Source of the DNA: Paraphysomonas bandaiensis
Lineage: Eukaryota; Protista; Chrysophyceae
NCBI GenBank assembly: GCA_965644295.1
Contig: CBFFRP010000262.1
Span: 1-61,295 of the forward strand
DNA length: 61,295 bases
Direction of reading: 5' to 3'
Shown: piece by piece, positions 1-13,598 of the stretch
Numbering within the stretch: the first letter of the stretch is position 1
How the letters are laid out: each line of letters begins with the position of its first letter
Notes under the pieces: generated by a model
The model's input: only the letters and a program-made list of their open reading frames with translations
Databases searched by the model: none
Told to the model about the DNA's origin: nothing
Program-made: the position numbers and the translations under genes

Positions 1-106
1 CCTCAATCCATTGTTCAACGTTAGTCTCGTTGAACTGAGGAACTACTCCTCTATCCTCCTTCTCTCCTCCTCGCTCGCTACCATGTTGGGAAATGCTCAT
101 TTTACT

Positions 107-535
107 TAGATCAAAGAGAGATTAAGTTGTTAGACTAGATAGATTTATTAATATCGTTTACACGAATTGTGTTAAACAACACAAGCTCGTTTTGTGCCAT
201 GCATAAATCACTACTTCTGTAGACCTTTCGCTACTAAACATATCTTGAAAGAGCAAACTATTTCAGTTTTCTCAATATCATAACAGCATCTACACATCAC
301 CATACTTCACTGTATTCTCGTACATTGTCTTCAAGTACCACATTGAATATACTAGGATACAGTCCATATTCTAATAATATCGTTTACACGAAAATGTGAT
401 AAACAACACAATCTCAGTTTACTCTACGCATAATCTCCTACATATGTGAACCTCTCGTTACTAAAAACATATCTTGAAACAAACTATTTCAGTTTCTCAT
501 TATCACCGCATCACCATATTTCACTGCGTTCTCGA
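107..535. repeat. Dispersed AT-rich repeat with an internal partial duplication (107-375 and 376-535); another copy at 9897-10148
   Basis: Shared blocks taatatcgtttac, aaacatatcttgaaa, aaactatttcagtt and tattctcgtacattg align between copies. Confidence 0.8.
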
Positions 536-789
536 TAATCCTTCGCCTATGTGCTCTGTCGTCTATTTAGTTGCTATGCTGGAGAATGACATTCAGGCTG
601 CAGAGTAGCTTTAAAATTGTAAAAAATACAGGAAGATGATAACATTAAAATAGCCAATACACCTGTTTATCAGAAGTTCACCAGTCAATCCTATATCCAT
701 AAAAATCTTAGAATGAAATACATCAGTAACTAAATTTACTTCGTTGTAACTGTATTCACACTTTTTGGCACTATGAAAGAGAAATTGTG

Positions 790-3700
790 AATATATGTGA
801 CTAGAAGCTTGTATTCTAAACTCAACAGGCGACTAATAGCTAATTGAAAAATAAGAGGGGGCTTATGATTTAAAATTAATATGTGGTTCACTTTAATTTT
901 ACTATTTATAGCTTTCAGTAATTCATAGTGGAGTTTTAATTGATTAATACTAAAGATCGGCCCTGTCGCAGAAAGAGCTAAAGCTTTGCGACATTTTGAT
1001 TATATGCCTTTAATAGTAATATATATATCATTATACAGGGCGATATTATATTGAAGGTTAACATTTCAATATTACTTACTATACTCTCTATATCAGATGT
1101 AAGAAAGACTTAGATCGTAACACTCAATATGCTTTAATTACAAATTATTATTAATTATTATTATTATTGCCATTCTAAAACAAATGTTACTTTAACTACC
1201 ACTCATTTACATACGATCTTAAAACCATTGATGATAATTCTATTATAATTACCGGGAACAGTGCACTCATTAATGGGCACAGAGGTAGCATTTACTGGTA
1301 CTTGATATATATGCTATAAAGAATCAAGTGTTTTTAAGGTATATTATCTCCTCTATGAAGAAACACTATACAAAGTTCATGCCACTCTACAGCTACTTTA
1401 TGGCAACCTTGCGCAAATTTAAAGCTATTATTGAAAGTCTTGTTATTAGCAAAATAGGCGTATTGAATGTTGTTGCTCAAAGTCGACTATTATTAGTGAG
1501 TAAAGATGCACCACACTATCTCTTATGAGCGATATTAGATATATTAATGACTATTATAATTGCCTGTACATTTTTCATTAATGTCATTATAATTGCTGGG
1601 AACGGAGAGAGGTCATATCTAGTATTAGGTATTGAGTTATTACTTTAATGTAATTTTTATCTCAGAAGTAAAATGTAAAGAAAAAGTTACAATAATAGTT
1701 GTTATTAGAAGTATTTTTTGTGCATATCATATAACTGCAGCCCCTTTAGAGATTTCAAAAGCTCCAACCGAATAGCCTGATTTTGGATACATTGCATACG
1801 CATAGAGCTATCTTCACCACTACTGTGCATGCAATACCATTACTAGTGGGGTATCGTACAAGGAATAGCTTCAACTGTAGTCAGTGACTTTTATTGCTGT
1901 AAAACTGAAGTAATATGTAAGAATATTATAAATAACATTCTTCACACTATTAACTATTAACGTGTTCATGATAGTTAAGTATTTATACCCCATCATCAAA
2001 AATATCACTTGCAGAGTGCTTGCCACGTGCTGTGTCTGCCATCAAACTTGAACAATCGAACCATAAATTAAACATAACAATTACTCAGTCGCATTCATCA
2101 AACTATAATACTACATTGAAAAATGTACTAGCAGCGTCCGCAACGCAACAAACACCTCAATACACTTCCAAATCAGAACATGTACAATCATCAAAAAAAA
2201 ACTGCAGATTCTTAGGACACAGAACTTAATCCACGAGAGTTCCTAGCCATTGCTGCTTGATTATGTTCTGTGATTGCTCATCAAGTGATTGAAAGGAAGG
2301 GTGGCTGAGGGCATGGGCAAGCCGTGCTGACTTGATTGACCGCACTCTCTCATCGATCTCAACGGCACTTACAGGTTCTGGAAGGTTATCCAGCCCCGCG
2401 GTAGCAATGGTCACGTTACCCCCAGCCGCATCAACTAAGTCAGCAAGGGGCTCCCGGTCAATAGCCGACTTTGACTTCTTGCGTTTCTTAGTCACAACTG
2501 TCTTCACAGGAGGAAGGTCCTCCAAGTTTCTTCCATGCCGATCGGGGAAGAGAGATGTCGGAGAGCGGTAGCTCTTGTTCACTCGCGAGTCAAAGAACAT
2601 GGCGTTCTTTAGAGGCTCCATTACTTCCTCAGGAACATTGTCAAAGGCGGCGTAGAACTCCGCCCTCATCTTCCCCATTGACCCGTACGTCCTCTGCCAT
2701 TTCTCACCATCAAGCACACCCGTGTGAACGAGAACCTTCTTCGCTCGATTGAACGCAAAGGCGGCTTGACCTTTCTCATGCTCGGCGTATTCTTTGGCAG
2801 CATTGACGAGCTGTGTGCCTGTTAAGGCGTTCTCCACATCAGAGAGAAACTTAAGACGAGCGGGAGAATCAACGGCAGGCGACTGAGGACACGTTAGATC
2901 ATCAACAGGGTAGATAGAGATAAGAGATACTCACCGAGGAGGAGTCTTCAGTGGACATGTTGAGATTTTGAATTATCAGATATTTGGAGGCAGAAATGTT
3001 GAAAATAATGAAACACCGGATATTGACTAGTTTTTGAGGAGTTTTGGCATTTAAACCCTCTTTGGAGTTCTTTTTTCACAAAGTTCTTTACTTTCGACCT
3101 TGCAATTGAAGTCGTATCTTAAAAGGTCACTGTATTTTCACTCAAATATTCCACCTTTTCATTTTGAATTTTTACGAAAAATTGGTAAATTAATGTTCTA
3201 TAGAATTCACACATCAACCGTCACATTGAAAACCAACGATTTTCTCCAACTCAAATTGATGCATGGGAATTATCGAAATATCCCGATATCTATACACAGT
3301 ATGAAGATACTACTCGTATGCCTGCGTGATATCCACAGAAGATGGACATGCATAATAGTCACGTTTGTCGATGATAGCAGTGATTTCTCTAAATTAGAGT
3401 TAATGTGTTTGTTTATGCACTTCAGAAGACAGATGTTCAGACCGAAGTATCATTGCAAGACAGGATGGCGCTGCCTGTTTTGATTCTCGAATTTATTTCA
3501 GGGTAGTAATTATACTTAATAGAAACATTATACATGTCGTGTCTCTACGTGTTTATGTTGTATTTCAAAGTTATTTAGGGTTCATAGAAGTCATATAGAG
3601 AAGTAATTCTGAACTAAATATGATCGCTCTTATATACGATTTCACGCGTGCAATAAAAAATCTTTTGGGCCTAAATAAGGAAAACGAAATATTTGTTTAT

Positions 3701-4183
3701 AATGGAAATGGTTTTCACCTATGTATAGAAGAGCTGTTCGGTTATGTATCTCTATATTAATAATGTATTGAGATTCAATGTAAAGGTCACCCTACGGTGT
3801 TACGGTGTACATTGAGAACTTAGCTTTGACATCAATATTTACTTAACACTACCTTGATCTACCGAGAAAATAGAATTCATAATTTCATTTCATAATGAAA
3901 TAGAAACCACATGTCGATTAATAACGTGTACAGGAGAGTGTCAATACGTCAATACCCTTACTATAAATCTATAAATGAATTTAACGTCTTAAAACTTAAT
4001 CGTTATATCTGTTTTTTCCCCTCTGATTCAGGTTATAGCGGTATTTTAAAAGTGCAACTATCTCACGACTACATTACAGTTAAACTGTTATAAATATATT
4101 CAGAAATTAACACTATGAAGCACACTCTCTTTTTATATATAATTTAAATGATCTACAAGCTGCTAAATTGGGTCACATATATT
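790..4183. mobile_element. Possible old TIR-bounded DNA element carrying the 2226-2958 gene
   Basis: 790-813 aatatatgtgac-tagaagcttgta matches the reverse complement of 4154-4183 with one 6-nt gap and one mismatch. A related end (aagctgctaaa) lies near 11050. No clear TSD. Confidence 0.3.
2226..2958 (-). CDS. Hypothetical protein, about 226 aa, two exons, with a basic NLS-like KKRKKSK
   Basis: ATG at 2958, exon 1 MSTEDSSS, and a GT-AG intron at 2883-2934 that joins in frame to the 203-aa ORF. Confidence 0.7.
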
Positions 4184-4400
4184 TCGTACATAATCACAAA
4201 AATAACTTTTTCTAGAAATTATTCATATCCAAATTTACTTAGCATAGCTAAGTCACTAGCTTATTGACACGGAACATATTTCGTGATACGATTATATGGA
4301 TATACAATTAGAGCAAGACAAACTATACAACAATACATCCCCATAAATTCCTCACATATGTTCACAGCACAAACAGGATGTCTCTAAAAGATTACTAATA

Positions 4401-5321
4401 CTATGTGCTATCTGTAGTTAATAGGCCCACGGATTTTTCGAGGCTATAGCTTCCAGATCCAATCGGCGGTTCACATAATATTCTGTGACGCTTCCCAACA
4501 CTTCCAGGGTATTCTGGATGTGCCTCGTCGAAAGGGAGAGTGAGAACTACAGCACTATCAGTCGAGTTGTCATTAAGCCTCGAAGGTTTCAATTCAGGAT
4601 ACCCTCGACCATCTACTAGTTTATGTATGTCACCAGGAGAGAAATCGCTTTCGGAATCAGTGGCACGAACAGTGGCCATCACATCTTCGATACAAGTATG
4701 TGCGCTAAGTTCATTCAACACGTAAAACTGCGGAGGGAGCATAGGCATCTCTTTATGAGCGCATTGTGTCAGAGCTTCTGAGGGGTCCACCCACAAAAGA
4801 GAGGCAGTTTCCACACCATCAGCTAACATACTGCTACAGTCATGTCCGGACGCATCGACAATAAAAAACACAGTTCTGTACCGTCGTTTCTCAAAATTAG
4901 GAGTAGTGAATGTGCAAAAATGTCTAAGAGATGATTCTCGCAGCGTGCACTGCAGCTGGTCAAGCATGTTCTGAAATTGGTTTGCATCTCTACTCAAAGC
5001 ATTTCTCCATTTTCGAATATCATTCGGAGTAAGCATATTTTCAAGTGTACAATTGCTCATCAAAACACCAGTCTCTTCAAAAAGCTCACGAAGTGCGGTG
5101 GTTTTCATTGACGTGTCACTTGTAGCATGAACCCCTCCTGGGAATGTGTACATACCTGACCTGGATGTGTTACCTCGCTGCTGCAACAGAACACAGTAGT
5201 TGTACTTTGATGTAGGTTGACTTATCCTGCGGAGAACCACAGTGCATGCGGAGGATACCCATGGGTTACACATTGCCTTGCAATCTACTTCTGACTGGAC
5301 GAAATACTGATTGATATCCAC
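4401..5321 (-). CDS. Nudix hydrolase, NUDT19-like (acyl-CoA diphosphatase family); start codon uncertain
   Basis: FPGG...ALRELFEETG Nudix box, plus TTP..RRYRTVFF, LWVDPSEAL and LPPQFY motifs. Confidence 0.85.
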   Translation of the reverse strand: MDINQYFVQSEVDCKAMCNPWVSSACTVVLRRISQPTSKYNYCVLLQQRGNTSRSGMYTFPGGVHATSDTSMKTTALRELFEETGVLMSNCTLENMLTPNDIRKWRNALSRDANQFQNMLDQLQCTLRESSLRHFCTFTTPNFEKRRYRTVFFIVDASGHDCSSMLADGVETASLLWVDPSEALTQCAHKEMPMLPPQFYVLNELSAHTCIEDVMATVRATDSESDFSPGDIHKLVDGRGYPELKPSRLNDNSTDSAVVLTLPFDEAHPEYPGSVGKRHRILCEPPIGSGSYSLEKSVGLLTTDST

Positions 5322-5580
5322 TGTGGAGATCTACCCCCAGCAGTGTTCGCTCAGATGGGGGTGGGTATAGTATCAATACCGTACCGTTGTACAGCTGTGT
5401 ATGTTGATAGCTAGAAAAGTTGCCGTACAGTCAGTATAAAACCATGGTTTTATAAGCCAAAAACTGTGTTTTGTAGAAAAAAACGGATTTTTGTAAAAAA
5501 AACCTGGTTTTTCTAATCGTGCATGGTGTATACAGCAGTACACGAACTTCCTGTTAGAATTCCTGCTGCATTCAGCGTGC

Positions 5581-5820
5581 GTATTGTGACTGGAGCAGAC
5601 TATCTTACCATATCTTCTCATCGTTGCTTCCTCTGTGCCCGGGTCTAATCCATTGCATCTCTGTGATGCCTGCGATGGTTGTCGTTGTTGTGGTGCCTTG
5701 TATGTACCTCTACCACAGCGTGCATAATGTATTCTGAATTCGAAAGTACGAATATGGACAAACACTGTGATTTGCAGTGTTATTACAGGTACGTGTTATC
5801 TGTCACAGCCAAATACTTTT
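5581..5820 (+). ncRNA. Candidate structured non-coding RNA, divergent from the Nudix gene
   Basis: 5' and 3' ends can pair (gtatt/aatac, tgtgac/gtcaca) and are followed by TTTT. Several internal stems. No convincing ORF. Confidence 0.25.
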
Positions 5821-6288
5821 ATTTGGGTTAGTTGTTTATTTTATCGTGCCTCTGGCTTAAAGCGACTTGTTTCAACAGCTAGTACTATATATAATATCTA
5901 TAATTGTACGTTTGATAATTAAGCTAAATTTGTTGTTCTAGTCTCCTCTCAGTGTAGAAAGTGCTTGAATAGTATGAAGTTATTAACTAAGTTTGGGGTT
6001 GTCAAAGCTACTAAACATGTTTACTAAATAGAATGTTTCAAACAAAACTTATCATCGTAGCTTATTCACTTATTACAGTCTCAAGTTAAAGTCAACGTGA
6101 AAAATTATTACTTCATTTATCAAATGTGACTATTAATTCAGATGCAGAACTTAAATAATTAATTGCAAATTTCTGCAGCCATTAACAATAATCAACATGC
6201 AATATAATATACAACATCTACGATAAAACACTAACGAATACGAATTGACAGATGACTGAATTACTCATATAGGTATCTAGGTATTGAT

Positions 6289-7605
6289 CTAGGTATTGGT
6301 TCTACGACTCCATCCCTCTGAGGTCTCCAAGAGCCACTCCACATCATCTCTGGTGAACCGGCTACCGGCGCCTGAGCGAGTTCCTCCGTAATTTCCACTA
6401 GATAGCTCCTCTGCTATTGAGGTGATGACAGTCAAGCATTTGCCTCCCCTAAAACAATGATAACGACGTCACCAATCGATAAGTTCTAGAAGTAAGAGAT
6501 TATCTTACCGGTAAACGGAAAGTGCAGGGAGTGCCACCGGGTCGATATACACCCCACTTTCACTGGCCTGAATATATAAATGAACAAATCAGAAGCACCT
6601 AAAATGCACTGAAGTAAACCTTCATAGATATAAACTTTACATCTCTCCAAGAGTGGGCGATAGAGTGCAAGTGATCAGAGAGAGTCTCGCATGCCTGTGA
6701 AAAATGAATCGCGTAACTCGCAACCCCACAAAAATCCACACCTGAATGTTCGATTCATATAGGTGAACAACCACTGTAACTCGTTTGTCCTCCTGGTCAA
6801 TCTATAGCAGTCGAATTTACCAATCTTTAATTTAATTTAATTAGGCTACCTGTCGAAGGAATTCTTCACCACTAGATACATCTATACACTCTCCAAACTG
6901 AGGGAGAGGAGTCAAGGTGTTTTGTTGTTCATCGGCAGATCCATTTGAGCACGTAGCGGCCGACATCATTTCTAATAGAATATAACGCGAAGTGCTGTAA
7001 AGGAAAAACCACGTACCTTGCATTCGCTTCTCCCTAAAGGCCAGCATAAACTCATCATCTTCGTCATCGCTATCCAGACCTAGTCCAGCATCCTGAAATG
7101 CAGATTCTAATTTGTCGTTGTCGACGCTATCTGGTTCGTGCTGTTTGTTCTTTTGCAGTCGGCTCAGGGCAGTGGTTAACGAGCTTATAGCAGTACTCTC
7201 ATTATTTCCAGTGTCCTCTGTCTCTTCAACCCGGACCGCACCTTTTACTATCCTGTCAATAATTCGAGCTCTTTCAGCGGCATCAGAATGACGTTGGGCA
7301 GCCTCAAGCTCCATGTTCATTTTATAGTCAGCTAAGACCCCTTTAACACCAGTGCCATGTTTACTCTCCCTGTCTGCCAGAATTTTCCTCTTCACAGGTT
7401 CTGGAACGCCATCAAAATCCATTTTTTTCGCAAATTCAATCATTTCTTTCTCTTCGGAAAGAGATTTTGAGGTAGAGTCCCCTTCCTCATCACTTGAATG
7501 CCAAAGAGCGTCTGGATCATCGTTCCTGACATCGTTTCTGTCATCCAGAGATGACCATCTGCCAGGAACATTTTGACGCAATATCCGGTCTTCCAGATCA
7601 GCCAT
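6289..7605 (-). CDS. Phosducin-like protein (PhLP1-type), multi-exon
   Basis: TGVKGVLADY motif; downstream thioredoxin-fold exons (VVHLYE, LPALSVY, FTRDDVEWLL); TAG at 6289-6291. Confidence 0.85.
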
Positions 7606-8121
7606 TTAACAGAAATGTTGCAGAACTAGCTGCTGTGTATAAAAATAGTGACAGAGACTTCTGAATTGGCAGGAAATGTGCACGCGAGCTAGCCATAACT
7701 GTCGTAACTGCGAGTACTTCAGCATAGTACTGTAGTATGGGTATACAATGCGTATGCCAGTAACATAACAAGGATAGTAGATTTCTACGTAGTGATACTT
7801 AATAACCCTTATTTTAAGTATAAAAGTGCACTTTTTAAGCATAAAAGTCCATCAGAACGGTCAAAAAGGGAGAGAAGAAGAACAGTCATAGTAGTCTCAC
7901 AGTATTGTCGAGTACGAGTGCCACTCCACTGCAGGATACTCTCTCGCTGAGCCCATACACACCCAGCAATTGCACATTCACATAATGATGCGTTGATAGC
8001 GAGCATAGGGGACCTCAAGTAAACACAGGGCACCTAGTATAGAGAGATGATGAGGGAATAGCGGATAGCCGGCACTAACAGGGATACACTGGTATCTGAT
8101 AGAGCAGAGCAGAGCGGACTC

Positions 8122-9662
8122 ATGGCTCACAAAGACAAGTGCAAGTTTCTCCTTCTCAATGCAAAAAAATTAAAGGAAAGAAATCAGATATCCTCTACGC
8201 AGTATAACCTGTTAAAGGAACTCATATTTAGTTTTGATGAAGAGCTATATGAGTGTTCGTGCTCCTCTACTGTGAAGGAGAGGATAGATAGATACACCAG
8301 GTTACTGCTCACCGGCTACATGATAAATGTTTAATTCTATATATAGATACGTATATGATGATCTATTTGAGGGTTTGTCTTTAGAGCGAGCACATATTAT
8401 TGCAACTACTTATGCGGACGAGTTAAGTGAGGGCGACACACGAGCCCTAGTCTACGGAGAGGTAGACTTCGATTCCTTTGCAGAGGTTCTGCGTTGTGCT
8501 ACGGATGGTATTGCACGTTCGAAAAAGTTCATAGACCTCGGTCATGGGATTGGTCGGGCTGTTATAGTGGTGATTTTGTTTTTTTGCGTCTCTGATTGTA
8601 GTTGTAAAGTGATATTGCAGGCCTCTCTTCTCTGTAATTTTGAGGAGTATATTGGTATTGAAATACTCAAGGGGTTGTATGAGGTATAATTTATACAGTG
8701 ATATATATTTGCTATTGTTATAAAGCGTGTTAACAGACGTCAATGAATGTTCTGTTCAAGTACAAACAGAATGTGGAGCCGATTTTATCCCAGGAATGCG
8801 GTGTGGTATGTCTAGCCCAGGGTTCATTCCTTTCTCACGAAGAAGACTGGGCGGACGCTGACCTCGTCTTTGCTAATTCAACCTGCTTTCCGGATGAGCT
8901 TATAGAAGATATTGCCACCCGCTGCAGAAAGCTTGCGGTTAAATCTCGAGTTATCACGTTTACCACATCTCTGCGCTCCGAGTACTTTAAGGTATGGCGC
9001 ATATATGTGGCCTGCATCAAAGTAACTAGCATCAATTTTATCGTAGATAATATTCAAAAAGCGCTTATTTATGTCATGGGGGCCTGCTACAGTATTTATT
9101 CACGAACGTATTTCCGATGAGGATGTTATGCCGGGCGTATATGACAGGTTTTCGCAGTCGCATCGGGTGATTTCACCACATGTGCCAGCGTCTGAACAAG
9201 CCACCGACACTAGCAGTGTGGGAAGCGGCAGTGCGTTATCTACCAATCCTGTACCACCTGTACACTTAGATGACGAGTCAAGGTCTTTCTTATTTGCGTA
9301 TATATATGCACTCTTATCTGACACTATTTTTGGTATACAGCCTGGCTACAACCCCGTCGAGCACTGTAATAACTACATTCAGTGTGAATGGTGAATGGGA
9401 CCCTGATACCCCTACCCTTAAAGCTTGGGCAAAGCAAGAACTGGATATGTGTAAGGGAGATATTGAATCCATTTCAACCGATGGTGTTAATAAATCTGGC
9501 CGTACATACAGCCTGAGTTCCCAAGACTCCAGCGACGACGATGGTGATATGGAACTATCCGGTTTAAATATACCACGGTTGGCTTTTAAGAGCTCAGAGA
9601 ATGGTATCTACACTGATGATGATGATGACGACGACAACGACAGTTTTGAGACAGTAGATTAA
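8122..9662 (+). CDS. DOT1-like class I SAM-dependent methyltransferase, multi-exon, acidic tail
   Basis: LVYGE, FIDLGHGIGR, GIEIL and DLVFANSTCF motifs across spliced ORFs. Confidence 0.75.
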
Positions 9663-9896
9663 ACCTGGTAAAGAATTTTCCTGTTGCTGACGATAGCAAA
9701 ATACGAAAATTTGAATAAAACCAATTCTGGTTCATTCTTTTTGTGACTGTAAGAGGTGATGTTCACTAAATAATAGTATGAATTTCAGGTTATGAATCGT
9801 CGCTTCTGGAATGAATTTACTGTTCAGCAAGCTATGTTGGTATCTAATGTACGTAGTTTAATTGAGAGAATTTGTTGGAAAATGTTCATTACTTAA

Positions 9897-10148
9897 CTAG
9901 ATCTCAGAAAGAATTAATCGTTAGACTAGATAGATGAATTAATATCGTTTACAACACAATCTCATTTTACTCCAGGCATAATCTATGTGAACCTCTCGCT
10001 AGTAAACATATCTTGAAAGAGAAACTATTTCAGTTTCTCAATATCATTACAGCATTTGTTTATCACCGTACTTCATTGTATTCTCGTACATTGTTTTCAA
10101 GTGCCACACTGGATATACTAGAATATAGTATATATTCCATATTCTAAT
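9897..10148. repeat. Copy of the dispersed repeat at 107-375
   Basis: Collinear similarity from gttagactagatagat to ccatattctaat. Confidence 0.8.
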
Positions 10149-11237
10149 ACAATACGTATCCCTGTTGCTTGCACAACGAAATTATAAAATGGTTAATTGT
10201 TCACTCTAAACTCAAAACTTAGGTCAAACTTCCACAATTAAGTTAAAATTGGCAGTTTTCATATTAGGTAAAGCTTCTGGGTTACCTAGGGAGGAAACTG
10301 GCTCAGGCATCTACTTTCGTAGAAGCTGTTGAGTTCTGCTATTCGAGAACAATTGAAAGCTGTGTTAGAAAATGACATAACTGAGCAATACTTTCACTTT
10401 ATTAAGCTTAGATTATATAAGTTAGAAATATATAGAAAATAAAAACATATAATAAACAATAAACTTAAGATCAAAATTCAAAATGATCAAAAGTCAATCA
10501 TCAAAATAATAAACAATCTTAGATATCACGATCTTCTACACCGTCAATATATTTCAGTTTCACTGCTACGATTGCTCATGACATTAGTTCTCATAATATG
10601 GTTAATGGTTAACCACTTCGGTATTCTTCCATAATATCTTTGAACTACAGCTTTCAATTGTAATGATACTCAACACGCAGTAGTGATAAGGTATTGAATT
10701 TATAACTGTTACGAGTAATATATAATATATACTTGTCGGTAAGCATAATTTGAGAATTAGTGAAACGTGACGATGAAAGTCGGTAACGAAGTAAGATCTT
10801 ACGATAAATGAGTGGTAGTAAAGATAACATGAAATTGCTAAGTGATTATATTTTACAATTTCTCTGATGTTAAGTTAATACTTCCCATAAATGTCAAAAA
10901 CTCTGATAGAAGCGACAGTCTCGGTATAATACAGCGTAGAGTACCACGAGTATATGTTACTGATGTCTTACTGATACTCACCAACTCTGCGTAATTATAT
11001 CAATGTATGTGCATTTAATTGTTTCTTATCACTTAAACTTAATGCTACCAAGCTGCTAAAGGGTACGACAAGGAAACGCCAATAATAGACACATATCACA
11101 GTAAAATGATTCGAATTAGTAAAATTCATTACAAAAACTATATGATATAGTCAAACAATTTAAAGCGATGAACATTGTAGTGAAAAGGCAACCATTGACA
11201 GATCACCATCTGCAATTATAAAATCCTCTCAATTGAC

Positions 11238-12325
11238 TTACTTGTTCATGCTGCGAACCACAAAACACAGAACGATAAGTACAGGCTAAAATAGAGGGCA
11301 TATATCACTACCTGATGCTCCAGCTGCCCGTGTTTTTATCCTGCTCCATCTTGAAGTTATCTAAAGACATGCCGAAATTTCCTAGTATGCTATTTCCTAG
11401 ATCTTTCAGCTTTCCTGTAATATTCGTTACAGTCACATTTCAGATACGAGAAGCACGCGCTGTAAAATCTCACCAAGAGCTTCATCCTTCATTTTTTCAA
11501 ATTTTTCCGCATTCAACTTTTCTACTCGTGCTCTGCATACACAGATTGCAGTCACATACCAGCACAAAATTTACAGCATAAACTATGAACCGAAATCGAC
11601 ATTCATTTTCGAATCACTTACAGAGTTTCTCTCAGCCTGGGATATGTAGGGTCAATCTCCTGAGCTCGTTTGATATCTGTGAAGTACATAATAAATGTCA
11701 TTTTGGTGTCGCGATGCATATCAGTCGTCACTTTACCTTTAATAGCCTCCTCGTACTTCTCTTGAACTTCGTATGCCTGCGCTCGACGCATCAAAACTTT
11801 AACATAAGTGTCATTAAGTTCCAGAGCTATGCTACAATCAGTCACAACGTGATCATGCTCTTGCATAGCACTATAGCATGCCGCTCTGTTGCCGTAAAAT
11901 ATCGACTGCAACAAGGTAAGTGTTGGACTAAGTAAATCATTGAACACACCATTTGTTCTTTATGTTCATCACCCCATGGGCACAAATATATAGCTTGACT
12001 ATAATTATCAATCGCTCCGTCATAATCTTTTTCACGGAAGCACCTATAAGACATTATCTTAATAAGAGCTACTCAGATGTAACTATCACTAAACTCACGT
12101 GTTGCCCTTCTCTTTGGCCTCCATTGCAAGGCCGATATCACGCGCATGGCCATCATCCTGCATTTTCTCTAGCTCTATCAATGACGGCTCAGACTTGACA
12201 CCATCAGTAGCTTCGTCTGTAGCATTAGAGGGTGAATCAGGACTCATCCCATCTCCAGTGCTATCCGGCCCTTCCACCGCATCCTTGAATGCACTGTCAT
12301 CATCGTTATCGGCAAATGAACTCAT
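11238..12325 (-). CDS. TTC1: TPR protein, TTC1-like co-chaperone, multi-exon
   Basis: TPR motifs (KEKGN, YSQAI, YGNRAACY, VKVLMRRAQAYE) and C-terminal KLKDLGNSILGNFGMSLDNF. Confidence 0.8.
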
Positions 12326-12481
12326 GATCCCACTTGAAAGATATTCACTAATGAATAAGGGAGCCTCTCTAAAGGTTTAATATGATGTTTATAATTAACC
12401 CAACTATGAATTCGATCTTCTGGAATAATCTCCATACCAAACACAATAGCGTAGTATAGTATTCTCACTGCTCAAGACATC

Positions 12482-12654
12482 ACATACATACATACATACA
12501 TACATACATACATACATACATACATACATACATACATACATACATACATACATACATACATACATACATACATACATACATACATACATACATACACATA
12601 CATACATACATACATACATACATACATACACATACATACATACATACATACACA

Positions 12655-12686
<32 letters not shown>

Positions 12687-13188
12687 CATACATACATACA
12701 TACATACATACATACACATACATACATACATACATACATACATACATACATACATACATACATACATACATACATACATACATACATACATACATACATA
12801 CATACATACATACATACATACATACATACATACATACATACATACATACATACATACATACATACATACATACATACATACATACATACATACATACATA
12901 CATACATACATACATACATACATACATACATACATACATACATACATACATACATACATACATACATACATACATACATACATACATACATACATACACA
13001 TACATACATACATACATACATACATACATACATACATACATACATACATACATACATACATACATACATACATACATACATACATACATACATACATACA
13101 TACATACATACATACATACATACATACATACATACATACATACATACATACATACATACATACATACATACATACATACATACATACA

Positions 13189-13222
<34 letters not shown>

Positions 13223-13497
13223 CATACATACATACATACATACATACATACATACATACATACATACATACATACATACATACATACATACATACATACA
13301 TACATACATACATACATACATACATACATACATACATACATACATACATACATACATACATACATACATACATACATACATACATACATACATACATACA
13401 TACATACATACATACATACATACATACATACATACATACATACATACATACATACATACATACATACATACATACATACATACATACATACATACAT
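12482..13497. repeat. (TACA)n microsatellite of about 1 kb between two divergent genes
   Basis: Near-perfect tetranucleotide array with a few CACA/TATA variants. Confidence 0.99.
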
Positions 13498-13598
13498 AGA
13501 TGTACGTGGAGTTGGTGGTGGGGGTTATTCACTGGAATGTGATAGTATGTGAATTCAGTGTATATCGAAATAGAATCAATAATAGTCCAGTAAGCAAG

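Noticed and set aside
2226-2958. Fanzor/TnpB-type nuclease
   Set aside because: No RuvC acidic motifs or zinc finger, and the protein is too short
5601-5735. U1 snRNA
   Set aside because: Lacks the ATACTTACCTG 5' end, the loop I GATCACGAAG-type motif and a correctly placed Sm site
5373-5765. 130-aa minus-strand ORF
   Set aside because: Non-ATG start, runs through promoter and A-tract sequence, no protein-like motifs
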